From: Utricularia gibba
Lineage: Eukaryota; Plantae; Magnoliophyta
Length of the DNA: 64,000 bases
Assembly (NCBI GenBank): GCA_002189035.1
Contig: NEEC01000026.1
Location: 62,001-126,000, forward strand
Direction of reading: 5' to 3'
The position numbers and the translations under genes are program-made. Positions 12,196-23,899 of this stretch are shown one piece after another (within the stretch, counting starts at the first letter, position 1; each line of letters begins with the position of its first letter). The notes below the pieces were generated by a model. It had not been told where the DNA came from, ran no database searches, and saw only the letters and a list, made by a program, of their open reading frames with translations.

Positions 12196-14017
12196 TCAGC
12201 TCGATGAGGCTTCGTATTTCAATGGAATTGAGCGGCTCATCCCGGCCTGGGACAGCAGACTCTCCACCGCGGGAAGATCACGGCAGAACATACCTTGAAA
12301 CACTGGAGGGGCCGGTGATATGCTGGTTTTGCGGCCAATCAAATCCGTGTCATCACCCTGGCGAGCTGCAGGCCTCCCACTCTGTTTCTGGTTCGGATCC
12401 CGGTCCACAATTCCCGTCAACACGTTTGTGTAGCCCTTCTGAATCAATCTATGCAGCAAATGTGCCGAAAGCCTGGCACGATCTCTAACGGAATCCGCCT
12501 CATTCGCGTTGGAGAACTCGCAACGCTCGACGAAAGCGGATGATCGATCGGGCTTGTGCTTCAGGGAGAGGAGCAAATGGGACCGCTCAAGCTCCGATCT
12601 TGAACAGTCTCTCTTCAGTCCCAACAAGGAGTAGAAATCCGCATTCCCAGTTTCGCCTTCTGCCACCCTTTGTTTTAACTGTTGGATCTTGGAAGCTAGT
12701 GAGCATAATTTCCCCGGAATTTCTCTATACTGAAGGGTTGGCAATTTCCAGACATGAACTGCCAGTTTTTTCTCTTTGAGAATGGAGTTGTAGACAAGTT
12801 TCAGATGCTCTAAATCGTGTAGGCTGTCGGGAAAACATCTGATTGTTTCGAATAAGCTGGCTCTCACAGTGAGAGCTTGTATCGACGACGTGTCCAATGC
12901 GAGAGCCTTGTTACAGTCGGCGATTGCGTCCGCGATTCTCCCGGCGGACTGGTAGGCCGACGCACGGTGAACGTAGCACTGGGCTAAAAACGCTTGAGGA
13001 GCGCTGCGGCGACCATCGAGGATTTTGGAAAAATGCCTGATGGCTTCCGAGTACAGACCTGCGTCGAGGGCGGCGATCGCCGCTGTCTTACGGCGGACGA
13101 GGAGTTTGATGCGGCAGAGTAGATGGGCAATGCTCTCCGACTCCATCTTTTGCGGGGTCTGAAGTGGGATGCCGTTGAAATTTTCACTGGACAGAGGGAA
13201 CTTGTGGGTGGAGAAAAAGTCATCCGACAGTGAAACGCTTTCGCGGCGGAATGCATCTGACGCGAGGCGTTTTCCTGTCTGGAGGAGCACCATGGCATCT
13301 TCCAGTAACCCGAGATGGCAACAAGCTTGACCCAGAACCAAATACCTGTTTGAGTAAATGTATCAGATCGGCAAAATAATCAAGAAACTGAAGATCTGAG
13401 GGTTGAGAAACTACCTCCATGGACCCTCTTCCTCGGCGTTCTTCCCCAGACCAGCCATCACCTTCCTCTTTAAATCCGCCACGGAGAAACACTTGAACTC
13501 GGATCCGCCATCAATGCCGCCGGAGGAATTCAGCTTAAACCTCTTTCTAATCAACAGCGTCGACGAACTCTCAGACGAGGAGGACCCGGAGGACGAGGAT
13601 TCGTCGGAAATCGCGATCTTGAAGCTGGGAATACTGTCATGCAGCATATCCGCCACCTCCTTAAAGCGGCGGAGAGTCAATAAACACTTGGCCTTCATCT
13701 CCAAGAGCGCATCCATCCGCGGGGCCACAAGCAGCGCTGCCTCCAGCAGAGCCAACGCCGCTGTGACATCCCCCTTCTCCTGGTTGGCCATGAGAATCTT
13801 CGCCTCCCTCAAGCATTTGCCCACCACCTACCACAGGGCAGTCATTTAAACTCCACCTTCCCACCCCATAGAAGAGAAAGAAGAGCACAAAATTGGGAAG
13901 GGGAGGGCAGGCATTGCCTGTTACCTTCTTGTTGGTCATCCAGCAAAGCCTCCTGTCGCCGGCAGCCGGTGGCACAGTCCCAGTAGTCGGCATGACCGGT
14001 TGTACGAAATCAACCAT
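12196..14017 (-). CDS. TPR-repeat protein with C-terminal J (DnaJ)-like domain (At4g02100/At2g47440 family), about 551 aa
   Basis: Exons 14017-13925, 13827-13415, 13345-12196, GT-AG and phase-consistent. Family motifs CFSVADLKRKVMAG, WRYLVLGQACCHLGLLEDAMVLLQTGKRLA; TPR segment HRASAYQSAGRIADAIADCNKALALD; J-like DFYSLLGLKR..LKHKPD. Confidence 0.93.
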
Positions 14018-15809
14018 GTGAGCCCGAGGTTTTTAGTGAAGGAACGTATTCTGGAATTCCGTCGTCCGGTGATGCATTTGAAGGGAACGAGCATCTGAGA
14101 GAGAGAGGGGGGTGTGAATACAAAGAAGCCTTAAAGAGAGGATGCCAGCTTTGAGCTGAGAGAAAGGCGAGTCGCCCTGCTCATCACTCTCCATCTCGCT
14201 GGCAGGCACCAGTCTAGGCTGTGGCTACGGGCAGGAGCAGCCCGGCCTACGCAACCCAACCCATCCCACAGTTTTAATCCCAGACGACTCTTTACTATTG
14301 TAGTAGTAGGAATACGCAACAAAGCAGCGCAGAGCAGCCTCGTTTGGTTTCCGTAATACAAAACAAAGATCAAGTCTTCCTTGGCTAAGTTTTGTGGGGG
14401 TTTTTTAGCAAAACAAACAGCAAAGAAGGGTATATTTAGAAGTCGAGGATATGAATTGGATCCAACGATGGTTTTGATGTAAAACCCTAGAAGCCCGTAG
14501 CGAAATTGTGGAAATTCAAGGTGCATGGCGTAACATTGGTTTCCAGGAACCCCCTCAGGATTAGCCGCAAGCACTGCGTGAGTTTGATTGATTTGGGATG
14601 TGCATTGCTTTGCATACACGTGCGACTACACATACCTCCTTCCTGAAAAGGATATCCGTGCTGTGGGAAGGTCGGGGGGCAGTAGCAGAAGCAGTAGCAG
14701 CCAGCCTTCCATGAAAATAGTACTACTCATCTGAGAATGTGAATGAAACATTTTATGGAATGCACCCACACAATCTAGTACCAAGTAACGGAAATTGCAA
14801 GGCGCAATGAGGTACAACATAAACAAACTCACCTCTAACCACGAAGAAAAACGACCACTTCTTCACTTGTCTACAACACAAATTGCTTCAAATCTTTGTG
14901 ATTGCATACACAATCGTGGCATTTTCACTACAAAATTACGCATAATGTAAACTATTTTCATAGAGTACGGAGCTCCTAATCATGAGTGAGCACAACTGAG
15001 AAGCATTGACTGTCGGATTTTCAACCCGGGTACAATATTTTACAATAGGATTGGATCGGTTGTAGTATTCAATCCACTCCCACCTTCGTGTACCGCATTA
15101 AAGAGAAAGAGACAGAAAGCGAGGGGCGCGATCTGATAAAGGATGGAAGAATGAGGAGGAGGGGCACAAGATGAGTCAGGACGATGCTGACTGGATTGGG
15201 CGGGCGGGGTGCCCTCTCCTCTCCTCTCCTCTAGTCCTCTACAAGTCCTTCACTCGTCGCACTCTCATCCCATGTCTATTTATGCCCGAGGTGACGTAAC
15301 TAGAAGAGTTGGGTTTTTTAATAAGAAAGAATGAATATTATTCCATGGCATGCCTTGAATAATTGTCATAATGCAATAATCCATTGGCTTGTCCGTTTCT
15401 TCTACCTTGCTCCTGGTGCCATGGTAGCGCTGTATTTCATAGAGGCTGCATGCGGGCGGGCGGCTTCTACTACTCCAACCAGATGCCCGCAACAGAGTTG
15501 CCCTTTCGGCTTTCTGGATCGAGAGACGAGGATTCCGAATCCGATCAGTAGTAGGGTCTGATGAATTCACCGGAACGGCAACTGTCTGTCTATCTATCAG
15601 TTATCACGGGTCCGCCCCAACCTCATAAAAGCTGATCTCATCTGCCCGCGCCTTCATTTCTTGTGAACTCTCAAGTGAAATAATGGCCCTGCCGGCCCAT
15701 CATGCACCACAATCTCCTTCCCCAAATCCAATAATGTAAGTTTCAGTTTCACTTAACACAGTATGTGCCAGGCTGGCCTTGTTCATCAGTCCATGTGATC
15801 GGGCGGCGT

Positions 15810-15848
15810 TGGGCTTGATGAGATGGTCCATATGGTTTGTTATGGGCC
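15810..15848 (+). promoter_or_regulatory. Site II motifs (TGGGCY) upstream of SAR1
   Basis: TGGGCT at 15810-15815 and TGGGCC at 15843-15848, about 200 bp upstream of the ATG. Motif match only. Confidence 0.4.
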
Positions 15849-16029
15849 GGACCAACGGCAATCCTCGACCAACTCTGTCTCCAGTTCCGTACTAGAAATA
15901 ATACTTGGATAATCCCATTCCCGGCGCCCAACTCCATCTCTCTCTCTCTCCCTCCCCCCACAATAGCACAACAGCATTTCGGCGACCCCAGATCCGTCGG
16001 CGTTCCCAGGCGGATTCGACCCGAGCAAG

Positions 16030-16959
16030 ATGTTTCTATTAGATTGGTTCTACGGCGTTTTGGCATCGCTCGGATTGTGGCAGAAAGAGGCTAAGATCCT
16101 CTTTCTAGGTCTCGATAATGCCGGAAAAACCACGCTGCTGCATATGCTCAAGGACGAGGTTCATTCTTCTTCACCTTTGTGGATGTCTTGATTTTGGGAT
16201 CTCCAGCTGATTGGGCTTTGGTTTTGATGCAGAGATTGGTGCAGCATCAGCCGACGCAGTACCCCACGTCGGAGGAGCTAAGTATCGGAAAGATCAAGTT
16301 TAAGACGTTCGATTTGGGAGGGCATCAAATCGCACGCAGGGTTTGGAAAGATTACTATGCTAAGGTTCGCTTCATCTAGTGTATAGTCTCGCATTCGCAT
16401 TGCCCTCCATTCATAGACATACAACCTTTAGCGGATTCTTGAGGCTTTTTTGGAGGGGCATAGGCGTTTTTTTCCTTCGGATAACGTGCCTGCTGATTGT
16501 GACGGAGAAAAAGCAAGTATGCTTTAGGGAACAGCCAGGGAGTATGCTGTTAGCCGTTAGCCGTTAGAAGCGCCTTCCTTCATGTTCTATCTTCAACATT
16601 TGATGGCGCCTTCTGCCGTCTCACCGGTCTTGTTTCAGGTGGATGCCGTTGTGTACCTTGTGGATGCGTTCGACAGGGAACGGTTTGCAGAATCCAAGAA
16701 GGAGTTGGATGCTCTGCTCTCAGATGAGGCCCTTGCTAGCGTCCCTTTTCTAATTCTGGGGAACAAGATCGACATCCCATACGCGGCATCAGAAGACGAG
16801 CTGCGCCATCAGCTTGGCCTGAATGGAGCAACAACTGGAAAAGGCAAGGTGAGCGTCTCGGATTCTAACGTGCGCCCACTCGAGGTTTTCATGTGCAGCA
16901 TCGTGCGCAAGATGGGCTACGGCGACGGCTTCAAATGGATGTCTCAGTACATCAAGTGA
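16030..16959 (+). CDS. SAR1: Small GTPase SAR1 (COPII), 193 aa
   Basis: Exons 16030-16158, 16233-16364, 16639-16959. [51 protein letters not shown]; intact frame. Confidence 0.98.
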
Positions 16960-17357
16960 TGCCTGCCTGCCTGCGTTTGTGTTGGAATGGGGTGCTAGTT
17001 TCTATAATCCTGAACCCACCTCCTTTACGCTTGTCTCAAATAAAAGAAAGTAGTTATTTGGAAGTGAATTAGTAGCTGCAGAGCAGGGTGAGGATCTGGA
17101 AGATGATTCTCCCGAAATCAGCGCCGCGCAGAAAGTCGTCATCTTCTTCCTCCAACCTCTGCACCCTATCACTCACTCACAGGCTGTCGAGAACCGCGCT
17201 CTTCTGTATGTCGTGGAAACACGGGAATGCAGGCAGGGGGTCCGGTAAACGGTTTGACTTTTTGACCTAGGGGCAATTCTGGGATTGGTAGGCGCCCCCC
17301 CCCCCCCTTCTGTCGATATAAAACCGAGGCGTGCGTGAGCGCGTCCAGGAAAAGAAC

Positions 17358-18874
17358 ATGAGCGAAGTGGTGATAGACGTCATCGATCCTCCTCTGGTTT
17401 TATCAGTCTGTAGAATTTGCCTCGGCAGCAACGGCGGCGCCCTCGAGTCTCCGTGTTCCTGCTCAGGAACCATCAAGGCAAGCAGCATCAGCTACTCCGA
17501 ATTCACTGTTTTCTTTTTTTATTTTCCTTGTTTTGTCTCGAGGAGACAGACGCCGCTTGTTTTTCTTCCAGTTCGCGCACAGAGAGTGTGTGCAGAGATG
17601 GTGCGACGAGAAGGGGGATACTACATGCGAAATCTGCTTGCAGGTTTATCTCTCTCCCTCGATTACCCACTTCTTCTTCTTCTTCTTCTTCTTCTTCGTT
17701 CTCGCCTCCGATTGGAGAGGTTTCTTTATTTCTTCCTCCTCCTCCTCCCGCGTTGGCCAAATTAATTAGCAAACCTCCGTCTGTGTTGTGTGGCGTGCCT
17801 GAGAAACAGGGGATGTCTTTCCTGGTAGAAAGATAGCTGGTTCTCTGAAGCACGGCACCTCAGGCTCCCTTCCTTGATCAGGTGGCTAAAACAAACACAA
17901 AACAAGGCACTCACTGCTTCCGTATTTTATTATTTTTTTTATTGAAAAAAGAAAAAAAAAAGACTTGGAGGCCCCTTCTCCCTCGCTGCTTATCCGTTAC
18001 ACGTATTATCTCATCTCCATCCCCTCTTATCCGTCACTTTCGTATCTCCGCATTCGAACCCGTAAGTCAGCTTCAGGAAGATGCCACCTTTTTTCTAGAA
18101 CCCTCCCTCCTAAAAAAGCAATTCACTCACCAAAAAAATGACTTTTTTCTTTTTCAGAAGTTTGAACCGGGGTACACGTGCCCACCGAAGAAGGCCGTGA
18201 GTGCAAGGTAACCCAGCCCCGAGTTTGCCCACCTTCATAATTCGGTCGTTAAAAGATTGATTCATTTCAACCAGGGAACCCACAACAAGACACGCGAATG
18301 CAGGAGAAGGAGACGCGGATGCAGTGGAGGCGGAGCCGGTGATCGAACATTCTCACTCCTCCGGAGGCACCGCCGCTTCCTGCTCCCGGAATCTGGCCAT
18401 AATCGTAACTTCCCCAACTCACACAAACGTTTTCCTTATCGTGCATTTACCTATTTGTTAACTCACAGGTCAACGTTCTGTTGCTGATTCTCAACATGTC
18501 TGCTGTTTTCGACTCTCCTTCTCCCACTTGTTCGCTTCCCGTGGTCGCCGTAAGTTAATTTCTACGGCGGCTCAATGAATGCTGTGTAATTCTCTTGGGT
18601 TGCCACCTGCCAACAACCTTCCTTTAAACCTTTTTACTCTGCAGGTGCTGGCTGCTAGGGCCTTTGGGATCATCCTACCGATGTACGTGCTGTTCAAGTT
18701 CGCCTCCAGAATAGAGAACAGCATAAGGCAGTGCTGTGAGGTAGTTCCTGGTCTTCGTCTCATCATCCTTTCCCGTCTCACGCACATTTCAACTAACCCT
18801 GGTAGGCTCAGAACGCCCAAGATGACGAGGAAAGCCAGCAGCATCCCCTCAACACTCAACTGCACAGACACTAG
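17358..18874 (+). CDS. RING-CH (RINGv/MARCH-like) membrane E3 ligase, about 205 aa
   Basis: Exons 17358-17477, 17572-17643, 18158-18207, 18275-18404, 18469-18549, 18645-18740, 18806-18874 (618 nt). [15 protein letters not shown]|[24 protein letters not shown]|KFEPGYT followed by two hydrophobic segments (..[12 protein letters not shown]). First intron is GC-AG. Confidence 0.9.
17670..17696 (+). repeat. (CTT)9 microsatellite in RING-CH intron 2
   Basis: Read directly. Confidence 0.9.
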
Positions 18875-19028
18875 ACAAAGACACAGAGGAGCAAGCACAC
18901 AGCGTGTTTCCACCCCCCATATAATGTTACATCACATTCTATCCCCACAGGTCACACCACCAGAACACAAGCATGCTCTGGAGTTGTATACTGTACAAAA
19001 CACCCAATGCGAATACAAATCTACATAC

Positions 19029-21749
19029 TCATGATCCCAAGTTAAGTTTCGTGTCGACGATCATGTATAACCCCCTGGTCTGGAAAGCATCCGGAGAATA
19101 GGCAAGCAAGCAACATTCGATCCATGGAGGTTTTCTGACGCCGTCATCTCCAACTCCAAGCAGGCAGTTGCATTTCTTCGTAAGCATCTCGTTTCCTCCA
19201 AAAAACTTGTCCTGTGATTGGCGAGTATGCATGTATGGTGACACAGTGGCCCCAAATTGATTCAACAAGGATGCGGGTAAGTGCCCTACCCCGTACTCTC
19301 CCGCAGCGAAGGCATGTTTTCTTGCAGTGGGATCTTCCAGGGTCAGCCGCACTCTCAACAACCCAGAATCAGTTCGGAAGTCCTTGGTCGCGCTGGGAAA
19401 CATGGCCACAACGCGTACCACGCATCTATATTTACCCAATACCTGCAAAGTCTATGGCGAGAGCTGAATTGGATGAATGCCTCAAAGATGTCAATGATAC
19501 TGATCATTCTTCTCATGTCTAAGTACAACCATTTTTCCCTACTAATAAGGCCCTGTCCACCTGTCCCTGGTCTCACGAAAACCGTTGATGATCAAACATA
19601 GTTGGAGTCTGTTGCCATCTTTACGCTGCACTCAACCTCTAATTTCATGTTGTTAGTTATGAAGTGTTTTTGTTGTCTATTTATGACAGTGCTGCTGCAC
19701 TGATGTATTGGTAGTTCTTTCGTTCAATAACACTCAACCTTTGCTTTACAATTCAGTCCTACATTCAACAGCAAAGCCTGAGAGTTACGCCTTCAAATTT
19801 AACAAAAGATGCAACAGTATAGTGAGAAAAGGCAGGCAGGCAGGCAGTCACCTGTCAAGGATACGTAAGGGCATTCATCAGAGTGACAAAGGGAACGTTC
19901 TTGTGGTCAGTCTCTGATAAATAAAACAATGAAACTGTAACAGCTACGATGATCAAGTCTTGAAATGCAAATCAAGCTCTCTTTTGCAGTAGAACCTGTT
20001 ACAGGTGAAGGGCAAGGAAACCATGCCATGGGCATGCTACCCCATTTTGCGTTGACGCGCTCTTCGTAACACCGGAATTCGTACATAAATTTACAGTGTG
20101 TCATGTAATGTAATGGGGGCATCAATCACATTCTTGATGGTTCATCAAATGCGAATTACCTTTGCCTTGCTGCCACAGACTTGTCATCATCAGCCAGATG
20201 GAAAAGCCTAGAGAAGGGCATCAGCGCAGCACACCACAAAGTCGTGCGAACTTGTAATTTTACATTGATAAGTTTCACCCATCTTTCCGTCTTCAAGAAC
20301 TTGATGCCATCCTTGCTAAGATGAACAAACACTCTTAGGACTGTTCCAACGCATGGAAACGTACACAAAATGTCCCTTGAGAGAGGAGGGTCTTCCAACT
20401 GTAGAGGAAGTGGATCCACCATCTCATTTTCTAGCCTGAAAGAGTACATCAATGCACACGCTTGACATTGAGTACCCAGTTACAGTTGCAGATCCATCTT
20501 ATTATTGGAGGCATGAATACAAACAACAAAAAGAACTGGCACGGTGGAAATTTGAAATGTACTCACTCAGGTTCAATAGGAAGAGGCGGCATATCTGTTC
20601 CATCCCAAATATAAATTATCCATTCACCCTCCATGACTTCACAGATATGCAAAATCTAGGACCCATGTTGCAATGATTTATGAATGATGGGACAAACGAA
20701 AGAAATAGCAGGTTCTTTTGTTTGTCAGGGTTTTTTATTCCAGAAGGTCCACCACCCATATCAAAAGAATAATCTCCAAAGTCGGTACAAAAATCAACTT
20801 ACCTTGCAGTGTAAATTGCAGAGCTCACCTTCCTTAATTACCTTCAATGGCTTCAAGTCCTTCAAGCACGACCATCAAGCAATAAATGCAAATCTAAAAG
20901 GGAGCACGTTATATCCAAGGAGGCGGCTCATTAGTTGGAAACACTCACTCAGATGACCCTTTATATCAATGTAACTGCCTACCTTCAACTGCATGCTCGA
21001 TGGATCATTTCTTTAACCTTGCAATGGTCTTCATGCAATTTCTATCCAGATGTGTATTTACATTCTGGGATGATGTCTGGTAAGGCTCAAAACTTTCCTT
21101 AACACTGTTGTCTCTTCCCCTGAACAAGGCAAAATATGAGATAATCTTCTTGTACATAGCATAAACATCCGACTCCCAACCTTTCACCTACACATCCAAG
21201 ATAACGGGAAGGGATGTAAAAATGGAAGGCACTACTTAGTGGATGAAACAACACGTTTTTTACACCAACCACAACATGCGAAACCATGATTATGTCACTA
21301 TGAGTGTCGACATGGGGGAGGTTCCCAATAGTCCGAGTGAAGAAATGCAGGAAAAACCCAACATTTGGGCGTGATTGGACGATGATCTTCACCGAGCAGA
21401 AGACATCTGGGAAATGCGCCAAAAAAGTGAAGGCACGCAATCAGAGTCTTCAGAAGCAAGAGAAAAAAGAATCCAGGGAAACTACACCACAATGCTACCT
21501 GTGCCCTTGGTAATTCTGGGTAAACCAGTGTCCGTAACAACACCTAGAAAATTCACGGGTCGATTAAGCCAAGACTTGGTGTCATTCAACTCCACAAATC
21601 TCATTTCCAACCCTGAGAAGATTCGCACGCCTTATAACATACTCACTGCAGCAAATGGCTGTTTCCTCGACACGTGTCTACTTCTGGCCACTCAAAAACT
21701 TTATTGAGCGGGTTTGGCTCAACATACGTTTCATGGAACGGTTGTCCAT
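19029..21749 (-). pseudogene. POT1: POT1 (protection of telomeres 1) homolog with multiple disabling lesions
   Basis: Inferred exons 21749-21728, 21612-21499, 21406-21270, 21187-20983, ~20893-20803, ~20655-20567, 20435-20160, 20072-19996, ~19913-19852, 19443-19290, 19211-19029. Motifs VNFLGVV..PRITKGTDVFCSVKI, ILHICEV..W..YIWDGTD, KYRCVVRVVA, RLTLEDPTAR, PPWIECCL. Lesions: TGA 21005-21007, phase mismatch at ~20893, acceptor CCG at 20075-20073, TGA 19855-19857. Confidence 0.88.
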
Positions 21750-21808
21750 CTGTCGGTCCTGTGAATGAATGAAGATCATACACGGAGTGCCACCCACAAA
21801 CCAAATGT

Positions 21809-21828
21809 TATATATATATATATATATA
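21809..21828. repeat. (TA)10 microsatellite just upstream of POT1
   Basis: Read directly. Confidence 0.9.
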
Positions 21829-22399
21829 ATGTTGTTGCCACGGTGCTCACATTCAACAACCCTCTATTTCAAATGAAAAAACAGCAGACCTGTGTACTTG
21901 AATGTAAATCTATACTTCTGTGCATGTAACCAAATAGACATGTAGTATTTAGTCAGGTAAACCCAAGTGAGAACCTCATGGGCTCAGGATTTTCTTTGGA
22001 GCAACAAAAATTCACTATGAAAATCAGATATAACAAATTAGTGTTTAGTATTGATACCTAGCACTCACACGAACACTCTCCAATTTTGCAATCTTATTAG
22101 ATAGAATTTCCACTCTCTCTCCACCACCAAACCACTTTTCCATATTGGCTTATTTATTCCTCCTCCCCCATCCTTGAGGATCGTGGCCCTTATTGCAGGA
22201 CATGGGGATCACCTTCGTGTCTCATCATCAAGTGGTGATGGTCTCTTCACTTTCAACTTGTGTCATACACGTGATTGTATTCCTTTAGTAGATAACTATG
22301 AGCCCTGCCTTCTACACTAATATATGGTGCTAAGAGGACCCCCAAGTCCCTAGTCATAAGATCAGGTGTGTTTTCTTCAGTCTTGACTTTTACAAATTC

Positions 22400-23870
22400 A
22401 ATTTTTCCTTGTTGCACCACTTCTCTTTCAAGCGGTATCGCACATCCATATGCTTCATTCTAGAGTGGAAGAGCGCATTTTTGCTTAGTGCTATACCACT
22501 TTGGCTGTTACATAGGACTTGAATTGTCTACCAATATGGTAGTCCTAGTTCTTCAAGTAGCCTCATGAGCCACACTACTTCTTTTTCAGCCTCTATTGAG
22601 CAACAAGCGAGAGTACTTTTTGATAATCGATGCATGCTATTTGGCTAAAGACTTTCATCACAATGCACACCTTATACCTAATTGAGCCGTCAGGATTATT
22701 TTTCAGTTTAAAAATCTATTTGTTTTCCAATGCAATTCTATTAGTAGATAGTTGTGTCAGCTCTTAGATCCTATTCTTCCACAAGGATTTCATCTTTTCC
22801 TTCATTGCTCCCAATCATAGCTCTCAATCTATAGAATTCATGATCTCATTGATTGACTCAAGTTCTCCTTCCTTTGTAATCAGAATGAATTCATCGGGAG
22901 TACATTGAGTATTAGAGACTGCTCTCATGCTAGTTCTTATCAATTGTGGAAGTATTTCAACTTCAGGTGTTGAATCTTCAATAGATGTCTCTACTGTCTC
23001 CTCTTGTGTTGAAACTTGAGAAGCCTCCTTAGGATCATCCCGTAGAGTTTTAGTATTAATCCTCATCTCCTAGTTTGATGTGTTACATTGTTGATGCAAT
23101 TGTTGAACTTCTAGGAACACTACATCCCCAGAAAGGATTACCTTGGCCCCTTGTGGATCTCAAAATGTGCATCCCATTTCAGGTTTGCCATATCCTAAGA
23201 AGATGCACAATTTTGAATGGTTATCCTTTTTTTTTTTTTTGCACTGCTAACCTGGAAGTAGAACCATTTCTTTACATTTAAAAACACACAAATGTGCAAG
23301 ACTTACAATGTGGCTAGACTAGTGTTCTTCGAAGGCCATACTATAGATCCTTCTTAGGACTTATATTGGACAAATAGCAAAATGTTTTAATGGCTTCTTT
23401 CTAGAACCATCATGATAAACTAGAAGCCTTTAACATACATCTAACTTTGTCAAACAAGATTTGATTGAAGCATTTTGTGATAGGATTATGATGTGGAGTT
23501 CTAGGCCCAATAGCAATCTTTTTAATGTAAAGATCTAAACAATATTTCTTGAATTTCTCACTTCAAAATTCCTATCCATTTTCTATCCACATACATTTTA
23601 ATTTATCCCTTGTTTCCCATTCTAGTATTTGCTGAAATGCTTTGAAGCATGCAAATACCTTAGACTTGTGAGTTGTGTGCTACTAAGTACATCCATGACT
23701 TATGTGTGGTGCTATCCACAAAATTCAAGTAATGCTTCAACCTTCCAGTTGTAGGAATATTTACAAGTCCATCAATATCAGAAAAAACCACATCCAACAA
23801 ATTCTCACTTTTATGTGATTATGCTAGGAAGGCCACTCTATGTTGCTGACAGTAGAGGTAACTTTCAGAG
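22400..23870 (-). mobile_element. Degraded Ty1/copia (Tnt1-like) internal fragment with most of RT deleted
   Basis: Minus-strand relics: integrase LDVVFSDIDG and YLNFVDSTTHKSWMY; RT start KLKNNPDGSIRYK; then almost immediately RNaseH ALSKNALFHSRMKHMDVRYR. Many stops; ends not defined. Confidence 0.8.
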
Positions 23871-23899
23871 ATTGTTGAGGACTTGCCTGGAGATATCAT

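Noticed and set aside
14895-15005. C/D-box snoRNA candidate (GTGATT..CTGA) with a partial miR156-like 10-mer (GAGTGAGCAC)
   Set aside because: Box C is imperfect, there is no adjacent terminal stem or recognisable rRNA guide, and the miR156 match covers only half the mature sequence with no hairpin.
15280-15570. Overlapping 76-96 aa ORFs between the DnaJ gene and SAR1
   Set aside because: No family motif or splice context; consistent with chance ORFs in a GC-richer promoter region.
15555-15640. TGATGA..CTGA pair resembling a C/D snoRNA
   Set aside because: No terminal stem or identifiable antisense element; such motifs occur by chance.
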